Assembly (NCBI GenBank): GCA_031370785.1
Contig: JANMQY010000021.1
Span: forward strand, 1-45,452
Source: Candidatus Eiseniibacteriota bacterium
GTDB lineage: Bacteria > Eisenbacteria > RBG-16-71-46
DNA: 45,452 bases
Direction: 5' to 3'
Both the position numbers and the translations under genes were made by a program. Positions 11,390 to 21,629 of this stretch are shown one piece after another. The notes beneath the pieces are model-generated. The model worked only from the letters and a program-made list of their open reading frames with translations. It was not told the origin of the DNA and did not search any database. Position 1 is the first letter of the stretch; each line of letters begins with the position of its first letter.

Positions 11390-11442
11390 GTGCCCTCCAC
11401 GACCGGCGCCGTCTCTTGGGCGGTGCCGGAGCCGGACTGCGT

Positions 11443-11772
11443 TCACGCCTTCTCGACTACGACGGCGGTTCCATAGCTCAGCACTTCGGTGACGCCGTCG
11501 GTCACCTCGTTCGCATCGTAGCGCATCCCGATCACGGCGTTCGCGCCGGATTCACTCGCGTGCTTCAGCATCAGCTCGAACGCCTCCTCGCGCGCGTGCT
11601 CGCACAGCTCGGTGTAGATCGTGATGTTGCCGCCGATCAGGGTCTGGAGCGATGCGCCGAGGTTGCCGAGCACCGAGCGCGAGCGCACCGTGATCCCGCG
11701 CACCACGCCGATGTTGCGCACCACGCGGTACCCGTCGAGCGTGAAAGTCGTCGTCACCATCGAGTGATTCAT
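11443..11772 (-). CDS. YbjQ/UPF0145 family protein
   Basis: [12 protein letters not shown]...[10 protein letters not shown]...[11 protein letters not shown]...[17 protein letters not shown]. Confidence 0.9.
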   Translation of the reverse strand: MNHSMVTTTFTLDGYRVVRNIGVVRGITVRSRSVLGNLGASLQTLIGGNITIYTELCEHAREEAFELMLKHASESGANAVIGMRYDANEVTDGVTEVLSYGTAVVVEKA

Positions 11773-11828
11773 GACACCTCCCTGGGGAGTACGGGGGGAA
11801 CGGTCGCGCCCTCGCGCGACTCGCAACC

Positions 11829-13688
11829 TCAGGCGGAGAGTACGCCCTCGAGCACCTCGAGACAGTTCTCGTAGCGGCCGAACGAGGGCATGAGGTAGAC
11901 GCCGTTTGCGCGCGTCCGGCACTGCGCGAGCAGGTCCCGCGCGAGGTCGACCCCGACCTTCTGGCCTTCGTTGCCGGCCTCGTGCATGCGCTCGCGGATC
12001 CATTGCGGAACGTGGATGCCGGGCACTTCGTTGTGCAGGAAGTCCGCGTGCCGGAACGACTGGAGCGGGAGGATCCCGACCAGGATCGGGATCGGCGGCA
12101 TCCCGCCCATGCGATCTAGGAATCGGTTCCAGCACTCCAGCTCGTAGACCGGCTGGGTCATCACGAACTGCGCGCCGGCGTCGAGCTTCGCTCGGAACCG
12201 CTCGAGCTCGAGGTCGAGATCGTCCGCGGTCGGATTCACCCCGCAGCCCACCGCGAACTGGGTGGCCGCGCCGATCGAGGTGCCGGACAGATCGGTGCCG
12301 CGGTTCATCTTCTGCACGATGCGGATCAGGCCCATCGAGTCGGTGTCGTAGACCGCGGTCATGTTCGGATAGTCGCCAACGCTCGGCGGATCCCCGGTCA
12401 GGCACAGGATGTTGCGCAGCCCGATCGCGTGTGCGCCGAGCAGGTCGCTCTGCAGCCCCATCAGGTTCCGGTCGCGGGTGGTGAAGTGCAGGATCAGCTC
12501 GACCCGCGGGAAGTGGGTATGGATCTGGAAGGCGAGCGACATCGCGCTCATCCGGATGCGAGCCATCGGCGAGTCCGCGATGTTGATCGCATCCACGCCG
12601 CGCTGGGCCATGAGCCGTGCGCCTTCCATCACCTTCGAGGTGTTGATGCCGCGCGGCGGATCGATCTCGACGCTGACCACGAATTTCTGGCGTAGCATCC
12701 GCAGGAACGCAGGCTCGGGCGTGGCCCCGGCCGGTTCGACCGGCGCGGGCGCGGCTTCGATCACCCGCACCTCGGCGCCGGGCGCGAGCTTTTCCGCCGG
12801 AAGATGCGAGGCGAGGCGCTCGCGCATCGCGCGGATGTGAACCGGCGTGGTGCCGCAGCATCCGCCGACCAGCTTCACTCCGAGCCCGACCGCCCGCGCC
12901 GCGAACTCGGCGAAGTATTCCGGGCTCGCCAGATAGAGGAAGCGGCCGTTCACCCACTGCGGCAGCCCGGCGTTGGGCATGGCCGAGACCGGCGTGCCTT
13001 CGGACGCCGCGACCATCTCCTCGAGCACTTCGAGCATCGGCTGCGGACCCACTCCGCAATTGACCCCGACCACGTCGGCCCCGGCCTGCTTCAGGGTCTT
13101 CACCGCCTGCGTCGGCGTGTGCCCATAGAGCGTCTTGCCGTCGAGTCCGAAGGTCATCTGCACGATCACCGGTAGCTCGAGCGAGACGCGCCGCACCGCG
13201 CGCAGCGCGGCCAGCGCCTCGTTCAGATCCTGAAAGGTCTCGAGGATGAAGCAGTCGCATCCACCCTCAAGCAGGCCCTCGGCGGTGGCGCGATAGGCGA
13301 GCTCGGCGTCGGCGACCGAGATCTGCCCGACCGGCTCGAGCGGCTTGCCCAGGGGCCCGACCGATCCGGCGACGAAGGCGTTGACCCCGACGATCTCGCG
13401 CGCGGCGCGTGCGATCTTGACGCCCTGACGCGCGATGAGCCGCACCCGGTCCTCGAGCCCGTGAGTCGCGAGCCGGATCGGGTTCGCACCAAAGGTGTTG
13501 GTCTCGATCAGCTCGGCGCCGGCGGCGAGATAGTCGCGGTGCAGCGACTCGACCAGGGTCGGCTTCGAGAGGTTCAGCTCATCGAAGCTCTGATCGAACG
13601 GCACACCGCGCTCGTAGAGCATGGTCCCGGTGGCGCCGTCCGCGAGCAGAGGCCCCAGCGCAAGTCGCTCAAGGAAGGGTGACAGCAT
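11829..13688 (-). CDS. yitJ: Bifunctional homocysteine S-methyltransferase / methylenetetrahydrofolate reductase
   Basis: [18 protein letters not shown] and GGCCGTTP Zn-binding motifs; C-terminal MTHFR motifs ([18 protein letters not shown]). Confidence 0.92.
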   Translation of the reverse strand: MLSPFLERLALGPLLADGATGTMLYERGVPFDQSFDELNLSKPTLVESLHRDYLAAGAELIETNTFGANPIRLATHGLEDRVRLIARQGVKIARAAREIVGVNAFVAGSVGPLGKPLEPVGQISVADAELAYRATAEGLLEGGCDCFILETFQDLNEALAALRAVRRVSLELPVIVQMTFGLDGKTLYGHTPTQAVKTLKQAGADVVGVNCGVGPQPMLEVLEEMVAASEGTPVSAMPNAGLPQWVNGRFLYLASPEYFAEFAARAVGLGVKLVGGCCGTTPVHIRAMRERLASHLPAEKLAPGAEVRVIEAAPAPVEPAGATPEPAFLRMLRQKFVVSVEIDPPRGINTSKVMEGARLMAQRGVDAINIADSPMARIRMSAMSLAFQIHTHFPRVELILHFTTRDRNLMGLQSDLLGAHAIGLRNILCLTGDPPSVGDYPNMTAVYDTDSMGLIRIVQKMNRGTDLSGTSIGAATQFAVGCGVNPTADDLDLELERFRAKLDAGAQFVMTQPVYELECWNRFLDRMGGMPPIPILVGILPLQSFRHADFLHNEVPGIHVPQWIRERMHEAGNEGQKVGVDLARDLLAQCRTRANGVYLMPSFGRYENCLEVLEGVLSA

Positions 13689-13698
13689 GGAACCCGGC

Positions 13699-13727
13699 AA
13701 TCTACGGGCTCGGGCGCGCACATTCAA
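13699..13727 (-). promoter_or_regulatory. Candidate sigma70 promoter for yitJ (near-leaderless)
   Basis: TTGAAT-17 nt-TAGATT, 10 nt before the ATG. Confidence 0.6.
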
Positions 13728-13825
13728 GCCGGGCTGGCATGGTCGCGACCGCGCCGGCGGAACCCACTGGTTCCCGCGCACGAATTGGCCCCGGGCACAA
13801 TCGCTCTGCTAGAGTCGCGCATGTG

Positions 13826-15670
13826 ATGACGCTCCGAAGCACAGCCCTTGTTCTCCTCCTCGCACTTGTCCCCTCGAACCGCGCTCAGGCCAGGACGCCG
13901 GCGGTTCCGATCCTGCCGCCGGATTCGGTTCGCGCCGGGGAGAAGGCGGTCGTGCTCACCGTGTTCCAGGGGCAGACCATCGAGCCGTTCGATGCCGAGA
14001 TCGTCGGCGTGCTCAGGGGCGGACGAGCCGAGGGCGACATGATCCTCGCGCGCGCGACCTCGGAGCGCGTGCAGCGCACCGGCATCGCCCAGGGCATGAG
14101 CGGCTCGCCGGTCTACGTCAGGGGCCGGTTGATCGGCGCCCTGTCGTCGGGATGGCAGTTCTCACGCGAGCCGATCTTCGGGATCACGCCCATCACCGAG
14201 ATGCTTCCGCTCCTCGACCTGCCGGTTCCCGCAACCAGCGATCCGAGCGCCGGACCGACCGGCTCCGAGACCGCCGGGCTTGCGAGCGGGGTGCGCTTCG
14301 GCGCATTCCGCTGGGCCGGAGACGACGACGCCGACGCGGGCGGCACGGCGACGCGGGCGCTGGCGCCGCAGGGCGCGAGCGCTGGTCTCGAGCCACTGGC
14401 GCTGCCGCTCGCCTCGGCCGGGCTTCATCCCGCGGCGCTCGAATTCGCGCGCGTCGCACTCGCGCCACTTCGGCTCATGGTCGTCCCTGGAGGCCGGGCC
14501 TCGAACGGCGGTCCGGCGGCGGACGCCCTGCAGCCCGGGGCGGCGGTCTCGGTGGACGTGATGCGCGGAGACCTTCAGATGAGCGCGATCGGCACGGTCA
14601 CCTATCGGGACGGCGATCGCATCCTGATCTTCGGACACCCGCTGTTCCAGTCGGGCGACGTGCGCATGCCGCTCTCGACCGCCGAGATCGCGACCATCAT
14701 TCCGAGCGAGATCTCTTCGTTCAAGCTCGGGGTGCGCGGGCGCGAGGCCGGGGTCGCGACCCAGGACCGGCGCAGCGCGGTCGCGGGCCATCTCGGCGGT
14801 GCGCCGCACATGCTGCCGTTCTCGGTTTCGATCACCGATGGCACTCCCGCCTCAAGCACCCAGCGTTTCCACTTCGAAACGCTCGAGGATCGCGCGCTGG
14901 CGCCTTCGCTGGTTCCGGTCGCGGTGCTCAACAGCCTGCTCGAGTCGGGCGGCACCGGCGCGGGCCAGACCCTGCGCTGGCACATGAAGCTGATCCGGCC
15001 TGGGGCTGCGCCGCTGGTTCTCGATGACGTCGCGACCGGCGAGAGCGCCTCCTCCGAGCTGATGAACGGGCTCGGATCGCCGCTGCGCTTCCTGTTCAAC
15101 AATCCCTTCCAGCGACTCGTGCTCGACAGCATCTCGGTCGACCTCGTCAGCGAGCCGCGACGCAAGCAGTGGACGCTGCGCAGCGCGCGTCTGATCGAGG
15201 CCGCGGTGCGCCCCGGCACTTCGCTCACCGTGCGTTGCGAGATCGAGCCGTGGCGCGGCGGGCGTGAGAAGCGCGACCTGACCCTGACCGTGCCCGAGGA
15301 GACGCCGCCCGGGCGTTACCAGCTCTGGGTCGGGGGAGGCAACGAGCTGATGCGGTTCGAAGCCCAGCGCCTGCCCGGACGCTATCGCCCGACCTCGCTC
15401 GATGAAGCCTGGCAGCGCCTCTCGGGCCTGCGCTCGAGCGACGCGCTCTATGCCACCATTACCGCGCGTGCTCCAGAGCTGACCAGCGAGGGCCGCGACT
15501 ATCCCGAGCTTCCGCTCTCGGCGCTGCTGGTGCTCGCGAGCGGCGGCGCCGCCGGCGAGCGCAGCCGCACCGGAGATACCGCCTTCCTGGATCAGACCCG
15601 TCTCCCGGTGAACGGAGTGCTGCGCGGTGAGCTGGTGCTCGAGGTGAACGTGGACCCCAAGGCGCCGTGA
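13826..15670 (+). CDS. Secreted SpoIVB/peptidase S55-like serine protease
   Basis: Signal peptide; GIAQGMSGSPVY and AIGTVTY...FGHP motifs; start 13823 or 13826. Confidence 0.85.
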   Translation: MTLRSTALVLLLALVPSNRAQARTPAVPILPPDSVRAGEKAVVLTVFQGQTIEPFDAEIVGVLRGGRAEGDMILARATSERVQRTGIAQGMSGSPVYVRGRLIGALSSGWQFSREPIFGITPITEMLPLLDLPVPATSDPSAGPTGSETAGLASGVRFGAFRWAGDDDADAGGTATRALAPQGASAGLEPLALPLASAGLHPAALEFARVALAPLRLMVVPGGRASNGGPAADALQPGAAVSVDVMRGDLQMSAIGTVTYRDGDRILIFGHPLFQSGDVRMPLSTAEIATIIPSEISSFKLGVRGREAGVATQDRRSAVAGHLGGAPHMLPFSVSITDGTPASSTQRFHFETLEDRALAPSLVPVAVLNSLLESGGTGAGQTLRWHMKLIRPGAAPLVLDDVATGESASSELMNGLGSPLRFLFNNPFQRLVLDSISVDLVSEPRRKQWTLRSARLIEAAVRPGTSLTVRCEIEPWRGGREKRDLTLTVPEETPPGRYQLWVGGGNELMRFEAQRLPGRYRPTSLDEAWQRLSGLRSSDALYATITARAPELTSEGRDYPELPLSALLVLASGGAAGERSRTGDTAFLDQTRLPVNGVLRGELVLEVNVDPKAP

Positions 15671-17889
15671 GGCGCGGAAGGATCGGAAACCGCATGCGAG
15701 CGTGGCCTCTCCCCGTGGTCCGGCGGAGCTCCCTCGCGATCGGGATCGCGCTGGCGCTCGCCGCCACACTCCCCGCTTTCGCCGCGGACACGCAGTGGTG
15801 GATCAGCAACGGCCCGTCGGACTATCGCACCGCCGAGGCGCGAGGCGTGATGGTGCACCCGGATGGAACACTCTCGCTCGGTCCTGCGTTCCAGACCTGG
15901 AGCGCCGAGAGTCTCGGGGTGGTGTGGGCGATCGCTCCGCTCAAGGACGGATCGCTCGCGCTCGCGGGCGAGCGCGGTCGCATCGATCGCTGGACCGAAT
16001 CGGGCGGGGTGCGGGCCTGGGTCAGGCTCCCGGTCGGCCAGGTGCTCTCGCTGGCGGCGGACGGCGACGGCGTGCTCGCTGGAACCGCGCCGGGTGGGGT
16101 CGTGTACCGGATCGGCGCGCGTGGTGACACCGCGCTGTTCGCGCGTACCGGCGAACGCTACGTGTGGGCGCTCGCGCCGGGCAAGAGCGCCCAGACCTGG
16201 TATGCGGCGAGCGGCACGCGCGGCCGGCTGTATCGGATCGAGGGCGGCAAGGCGCGCGTGGTGCTCGACAGCGACGAGAGCAATCTGGTCTCGCTGCTCG
16301 CCGACGGCAACGGTGGCGTCTATGCCGGCGGAGATTCCAAGGGCCGCGTGTTTCACGTGAGCGCGGACGGCACCCCGCGCACCGTGTTCGACGCGGGCGA
16401 GGATGAAGTGCGCGGTCTCGCGTTCGGCCCGGATGGCGCGCTCTACGCCGCCGCAATCAGCGGCTCGGCGATTTCCTCGGGCGGAGCGCCGGGCGGGCTC
16501 GGGATCTCGGTCAGCCCGGGCGGCGCGGGCGGCCCGGGCGGCGCCACCGACGCCGATGACGAGACGGATCGACCGACCCCTTCGACCAGCGCCGCCACCG
16601 GCACGCGAGCGGTGGTCTACCGGATCGTTCCCGACAGCAGCGCGCAGGTGGCATGGGTTTCCCCGCAGCCCGCGATCTTTGCGCTGGCCGGCTCGAAGGA
16701 GGGCGTGGTCGTCGCGACCGGCAACCGCGCCGGCGTCTACCGTATCGAGGCACCGGGCGCGAGCCCGTTGCTGATGATGCCGCAGGGGCAGGTCACCGCG
16801 CTCCTTTCGATTCCCGGCGGGCCGATCTACGCGGCCACCTCCAATCCTGGTGCGCTGTGGAAGCTCGGCCCGGGCCGCTCGAGCCGCGGCGAGCTGCTCT
16901 CGCAGACGCTCGATGCACGGCGGGTGGCACGCTTCGGACGTCTCCTGTGGCATGGGGTCGATGGCGGCGGAAAGGTCACGCTCGAAACCCGCAGCGGCAA
17001 CTCCGAACCACCCGACACCACGTGGACGAGGTGGAGCGTCGCGCGTGCTGATGCCGATGGCGCGCGCTCGGACTCCCCGGCCGCGCGATATCTACAATGG
17101 AAGCTGCTGCTGGCGGGCGGAGATCCCGGGATCGAATCAGTCGAAGTGGCGTGGCGCGAGATCAACCTGCCGCCGCGCATCGAAGACCTCACCGTGGCGC
17201 CGCAGGGCCTGGGATTTCGCGAGGGTGAGCTGCTGCCACGCACCGAGCCCATCACCCAGACCCTGCCCAGCGGACAGAAGGTCGAGTTCTCGATCCAGCC
17301 ATCGAGCACTCCCAGGGGATTGCGCGACCTGCCCGCGTGGGCGCGCGGATTGCGAACCCTGCAGTGGCGCGGCTCGGATCCCAACGGCGATCCGCTGCGC
17401 TACAAGGTCGCAGTGCGCGCCGCCGATGGCGGCCGGTGGATGAAGGTCACCGATGAAACCGAAGCGACCGCGTTCACATGGGACACGAACCCGCTTCCCG
17501 ATGGACGCTACCGCGTGCGCGTCATCGCCAGCGACGCGGTCGCGAACGCGGTTGGCGAGGAGCGCAGCAGCGAGGCGCTGAGCGAGCCGTTCACCATCGA
17601 CAACACCGCTCCGACGATTCCCGCGCTCGAGGCCGCCGCCGAAAAGGGTGCGGTACGCATCACGGGCCGCGCCGCAGATGAGTTCGGCCCGCTGTCGCGG
17701 CTCGACGTCGCGGTCGACGAGGGCGACTGGCGCCCGCTCACGCCGGACGGCGGACTCACCGACGCGCGGCAGGCGAGCTTCCACGCCCGCCTCACCGATC
17801 TGGCGGCCGGCGAGCACACGCTGAGCGTGCGCGCCATCGATCTGGCGGGAAACGTCGCCACCCGCGCGCAGCGCGTGAGCGTCCGCTAG
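15667..17889 (+). CDS. Secreted beta-propeller (WD40-like) protein with C-terminal Fn3/Ig-like domains
   Basis: Signal peptide ending AFA; repeats such as VWALA..D..G.VYAG...G.VYRI; C-terminal WDT..LPDGRY.VRV.ASD...IDNTAP and GEHTLSVRAIDLAGN. GTG overlaps the upstream stop (alternative ATG 15694). Confidence 0.75.
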   Translation: MRRGRIGNRMRAWPLPVVRRSSLAIGIALALAATLPAFAADTQWWISNGPSDYRTAEARGVMVHPDGTLSLGPAFQTWSAESLGVVWAIAPLKDGSLALAGERGRIDRWTESGGVRAWVRLPVGQVLSLAADGDGVLAGTAPGGVVYRIGARGDTALFARTGERYVWALAPGKSAQTWYAASGTRGRLYRIEGGKARVVLDSDESNLVSLLADGNGGVYAGGDSKGRVFHVSADGTPRTVFDAGEDEVRGLAFGPDGALYAAAISGSAISSGGAPGGLGISVSPGGAGGPGGATDADDETDRPTPSTSAATGTRAVVYRIVPDSSAQVAWVSPQPAIFALAGSKEGVVVATGNRAGVYRIEAPGASPLLMMPQGQVTALLSIPGGPIYAATSNPGALWKLGPGRSSRGELLSQTLDARRVARFGRLLWHGVDGGGKVTLETRSGNSEPPDTTWTRWSVARADADGARSDSPAARYLQWKLLLAGGDPGIESVEVAWREINLPPRIEDLTVAPQGLGFREGELLPRTEPITQTLPSGQKVEFSIQPSSTPRGLRDLPAWARGLRTLQWRGSDPNGDPLRYKVAVRAADGGRWMKVTDETEATAFTWDTNPLPDGRYRVRVIASDAVANAVGEERSSEALSEPFTIDNTAPTIPALEAAAEKGAVRITGRAADEFGPLSRLDVAVDEGDWRPLTPDGGLTDARQASFHARLTDLAAGEHTLSVRAIDLAGNVATRAQRVSVR

Positions 17890-17905
17890 GCGCTGCCGAC
17901 GCGCC

Positions 17906-19252
17906 ATGACCACGCCGCGTCCGCCGCTCCGCGTGATCGAGGGCGGGGGCGAACCAGTGCCTCGCGCGCTGATCGCTCCCGCGCTCGAGCTGGCCGCGCT
18001 CGGCTTCGGAGTTGCGCTCGCGACCACGCTCATCGCACGCCTCCCCGGCGGGGCACGCGCGCTCGGGACCTTCCAGGCGCTGTACGCGATCGGCTTCACG
18101 TTTCTCGCGCTCGCCCTGCTGCGCCTGCCGCGTTATCGCGGATTGCCGCGGGTCTCGCTGCTGGTGTTCGCGGTCGCGCTGGCCGCGCGCATGGCTCTGA
18201 TCGGCGCGCCGCCGTTGCTCTCGGACGATCTCTACCGCTACGTGTGGGAGGGACGGGTGCTGGCCCACGGCGGAAATCCGTGGCGGCAGCCGCCGATCGA
18301 TCCGGCGCTCGCCCCGCTGCGCGATCCGGAGATCTTTCCGCGGGTCAATCACCCGCAGCTCGCCACGATCTATCCGCCGCTGGCCGAGGCCGGCTTCGGG
18401 CTGGTCGCCTCGCTCTCGCCGACCGTGTGGGCGATGAAGCTGTGGATCCTGCTCCACGATCTCGCGCTGATCGCCCTGCTGAGCGCGTGGTGCGAGCGCC
18501 GCACCGGGAGTGCGGCCGCCGCGATTGCGTACGCCTGGAACCCGCTCGTGATCGTGGAATACGCGGGATCAGGGCACAACGATCCGACCGCGATGGTATG
18601 GCTGGCCGTGGCATTCCTGCTGGCCGAGGCGCGCCCGACGCTTTCGGCGCTCGCGCTCGCGGTCGGCGTGATGGTCAAGTTCGCGCCACTGGTGGCGCTT
18701 CCCTACCTGATGCGGCGCTGGCCGTGGCGCGCGCGCCTGACCGCGCTCCTCCTCACCGGCGCCGGGCTCGCATTCTTCTGGGCCGAGACGCGCGGCGCCC
18801 ATTCGGGCGCTCGCGCCTTCTGGGCGACGTGGCGGAACAACGAGCTGCTCTTTCACTATCTCGAGCGCTGGACCGGTTCCTTTACCCTCGCGCGTGCGCT
18901 GGCGCTCGCGGCCGTGGCGGCGGTGTGCGCGTGGATGTGGGTGCGGGTGCCGTCGAAAGTACGCGCGACGCGCGATGCGTTGCGCGCGCTGACCCTCGCC
19001 GGGCCGGTGTTGCATCCGTGGTACCTCGGCTGGACGCTGATGTTCGAGCCGCTCGCGCCCTCGGCGCCCTGGCTGCTGCTTTCCCTCACCGCGACGCTCA
19101 ACTATGGTGCGTTCAGTGCGCCGGCGGAAGGATCTGCGTTCCATCCCGGCCTGGCGCTGCGCTGGATCGAGTACGGACTGCCGCTCGCGCTGGCCGTGGG
19201 TCTCGCCCTGATCGGGCGATTCAGGCGCACGAGCCCAAGCCTGGAGGATTGA
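17906..19252 (+). CDS. GT-C fold membrane glycosyltransferase (GT87/DUF2029-like)
   Basis: Polytopic; SDDLYRYVWEG, TIYPP, AWNPL...GSGHND and HPWY motifs. Confidence 0.8.
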   Translation: MTTPRPPLRVIEGGGEPVPRALIAPALELAALGFGVALATTLIARLPGGARALGTFQALYAIGFTFLALALLRLPRYRGLPRVSLLVFAVALAARMALIGAPPLLSDDLYRYVWEGRVLAHGGNPWRQPPIDPALAPLRDPEIFPRVNHPQLATIYPPLAEAGFGLVASLSPTVWAMKLWILLHDLALIALLSAWCERRTGSAAAAIAYAWNPLVIVEYAGSGHNDPTAMVWLAVAFLLAEARPTLSALALAVGVMVKFAPLVALPYLMRRWPWRARLTALLLTGAGLAFFWAETRGAHSGARAFWATWRNNELLFHYLERWTGSFTLARALALAAVAAVCAWMWVRVPSKVRATRDALRALTLAGPVLHPWYLGWTLMFEPLAPSAPWLLLSLTATLNYGAFSAPAEGSAFHPGLALRWIEYGLPLALAVGLALIGRFRRTSPSLED

Positions 19253-21150
19253 GACTGTTCCACGACCTGATGAAGGCGGTGCGGAGCGAAGCCTCGGGGG
19301 ATCTCGCGCTCGAGAGCGTGCGCGCGCTGGTGCGCTTTCATCGCATTCAGGCGAGCCCCGGCCTCGATCAGGCTGCCGATTGGCTCGCCGCGCGCCTCTC
19401 CACGATCGGACTGCGCCCGGAGATCGAACGCGTCCCCGGGGATGGACGCACGCGCTTTCTCGGCCATCTGATGCCGCAGGGCTGGGAGTGCACGCACGCG
19501 ACCGCGACCCTGCACGGAGCAGGCGGGCCGACCGCGCTGTGCGACGCGACGCTCGCCCCGCTCTCGGTGGTTCAGCGCAGCGCTCGGACGCGAGGGCGCT
19601 GGCCGCTGGTCTGGGTGGAGGGGGGTTCCGAGGAGCGCGACTACGCGAACGTCGAAGTGCGGGGGCGCGTCATCCTCACCGAGGGCGACGTGCATCGGGT
19701 GCACCAGCTCGGCGTGCTCGAGCGCGGAGCGCAGGGGCTGCTCGCATTCGGGCGCCGGCTCGCGCTGCCGGTGCGCACCGCCGAGGACGAGCTGGACGCC
19801 ATCAACTACACCTCGTTCTGGTGGGGCGAACACGAGCCGCGCGGCTGGGGATTCGTGGTCTCGACCCGCGTGGGTCGCGAGCTGCGCGCCTGCCTCGCGG
19901 CCGGGGAAACCCTCGAGCTGGAAGCCGAGATCGAATCGCGCGCCTTCGACGCCACGATTCCACTCGTGTCGGCAATCCTGCCGGGCGACGGAACGCTCCG
20001 CGACGAGATCCTCGTGCTCTCGCACCTGTGTCACCCGCAGCCCAGCGCCAACGACAACGCCTCTGGCGTGGCCGCCAATCTCGAGACCGCGCGCACGCTG
20101 AAAGCTCTCCGCGATTCGGGCGCGCTGCCGGCCGGGCCGCGCGGCATCCGCTTCCTGTGGATGCCGGAGTTCACCGGCACCTACGCCTGGCTCGACCGGC
20201 GAATTCGGGCACGCGGCTCGGCCGGAGTGAGCGCCGCGCTCAACCTCGACATGGTGGGTGAGGATCAGGAGCAATGCGGCAGCACGCTTCTGATCGAACG
20301 CCCGCCGCATTTCATGGGCTCGTTCGCCGAGACACTGCTCGCGAGGGTCCGCGAAGCGGCGCCGGACTGGGTGGAATCGTTCTCGGGTCCGGGCCATTTC
20401 TCGATGACGCGCATGGCCCAGGTGCCGTACTCGGGTGGGAGCGATCACGTCGTACTGATGGACCCCGCGATCGGCGCGCCTTCTCCGATGCTCATCCAGT
20501 GGCCCGACCGTTACTACCATTCCTCGCACGACACGCCCGACCGGTGCAGTCCCGCCTCGCTGGCGCTCGCGGTGCGCTGCGCGGCCACCTGGGCGGGATT
20601 CCTCGCCGGTGCGCGCGAGCGCGAGCTGGAGTGGCTGCTCGATGCGGTCGCGCGCGAGGCCCGCGTCCGGCTGCTCGAGGCCGGGAAGGAGCGCCACGCG
20701 GTCGAGCGCATGCGCGGCGACGCCGCCCTCGCCAGCGTCGCCAGGTTCGCGGGCGATGTTGCGCAGATCAGCCAGGCCGTGACCGCCGCGCGCCGCGCGT
20801 TTGCCGGGTTCTCCGAGCGCGAAGGGGGTAGCCCGGACGACGGACGACGCGGCCGGGAACCGGGCCGGCGTCCGCGCCGCATTCTCAGGGCGCCGCTCCA
20901 CTACCAGCGTCGGCTCATCGCCGGTTACGATCGGCTCCCGCTTCGGGTCCGCGAGGCCTGGCGTCTGCTCGAGAGCGATCCGGGCTCGCTGGCAACGGCA
21001 TTCGATGTGGCGTGGTATGCATGCGATGGAGTGCGCGACCTCGAGGAGATCGCCTCGCGGGTGCGCGATGAAACCGGCGCGGACGCGCGCCCTCAGATCG
21101 AGGAATTCTTCGAATGGACTGCCCGGCTCGGCCTTTCCGAGTGGGTGTGA
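19249..21150 (+). CDS. DUF4910 / M28-family zinc aminopeptidase-like protein
   Basis: TTG after GGAGG, overlapping the upstream stop; SHLCHP..ANDNASG, PE, NLDMVG, GSDH and YHSSHD motifs; C-terminal DG.RDL.EIA winged-helix-like segment. Confidence 0.8.
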   Translation: MRLFHDLMKAVRSEASGDLALESVRALVRFHRIQASPGLDQAADWLAARLSTIGLRPEIERVPGDGRTRFLGHLMPQGWECTHATATLHGAGGPTALCDATLAPLSVVQRSARTRGRWPLVWVEGGSEERDYANVEVRGRVILTEGDVHRVHQLGVLERGAQGLLAFGRRLALPVRTAEDELDAINYTSFWWGEHEPRGWGFVVSTRVGRELRACLAAGETLELEAEIESRAFDATIPLVSAILPGDGTLRDEILVLSHLCHPQPSANDNASGVAANLETARTLKALRDSGALPAGPRGIRFLWMPEFTGTYAWLDRRIRARGSAGVSAALNLDMVGEDQEQCGSTLLIERPPHFMGSFAETLLARVREAAPDWVESFSGPGHFSMTRMAQVPYSGGSDHVVLMDPAIGAPSPMLIQWPDRYYHSSHDTPDRCSPASLALAVRCAATWAGFLAGARERELEWLLDAVAREARVRLLEAGKERHAVERMRGDAALASVARFAGDVAQISQAVTAARRAFAGFSEREGGSPDDGRRGREPGRRPRRILRAPLHYQRRLIAGYDRLPLRVREAWRLLESDPGSLATAFDVAWYACDGVRDLEEIASRVRDETGADARPQIEEFFEWTARLGLSEWV

Positions 21151-21160
21151 CGGGGGAAAC

Positions 21161-21586
21161 GTGGAGCTGCAACGCACCCGCTACGGATATGCGCTCAAGA
21201 TCGACGCCGGGGAAGAGATCATCGCCACTCTCTCGGCATTTGCGGATGATCTCGGCGTGCGCGCCGGACAGATCTCGGGCATCGGCGCGGTCGGCGATCC
21301 GGAGCTGGGCTTCTTCGTGCGCGAGACCCGCGAGTACATCACCCGGCGGTTCGAGGGCGAATACGAGATCGGAGCGCTGACCGGGAATTTGAGCGAGCTC
21401 GAGGGTAAACCGTTCCCGCACTGCCACGTGGTGATCGCCGGCCGCGACTTCACCGCCTTCACCGGCCACCTGTTCCGCGCCGTGGTAACCGTGACCTGCG
21501 AGATCCAGATCCTCACCGACCCAGGAGTGCTGCGCCGAGTCCGCCGCGAAGACCTCGGCTTCAACCCGCTATCACTCGGCCGCTGA
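21161..21586 (+). CDS. PPC/DUF296 domain protein
   Basis: GEEII..L, SGIGAV, EIGALTGN, HCHVV and GHL...V.VTCEI motifs. Confidence 0.88.
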   Translation: MELQRTRYGYALKIDAGEEIIATLSAFADDLGVRAGQISGIGAVGDPELGFFVRETREYITRRFEGEYEIGALTGNLSELEGKPFPHCHVVIAGRDFTAFTGHLFRAVVTVTCEIQILTDPGVLRRVRREDLGFNPLSLGR

Positions 21587-21629
21587 ACGCAAGCAGCCGC
21601 GAGGCGGGGGCGCGCGATGCTCGCGCGCA

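Noticed and set aside
11443..13260. 605-aa ORF suggesting a long YbjQ fusion
   Set aside because: The upstream part is an off-frame shadow of yitJ; YbjQ has its own SD and ATG at 11772.
13689..13825. SAM (S-box) riboswitch upstream of yitJ
   Set aside because: No SAM-I core motifs seen, and the predicted promoter lies only 10 nt from the ATG, leaving no leader.
18244..19248. N-terminal extension making a 968-aa peptidase (similar extensions on miaA, gpsA, surE, GT2)
   Set aside because: These overlap the upstream genes in another frame and are Arg/Gly/Ala-rich GC shadows; the real starts sit at the gene junctions.
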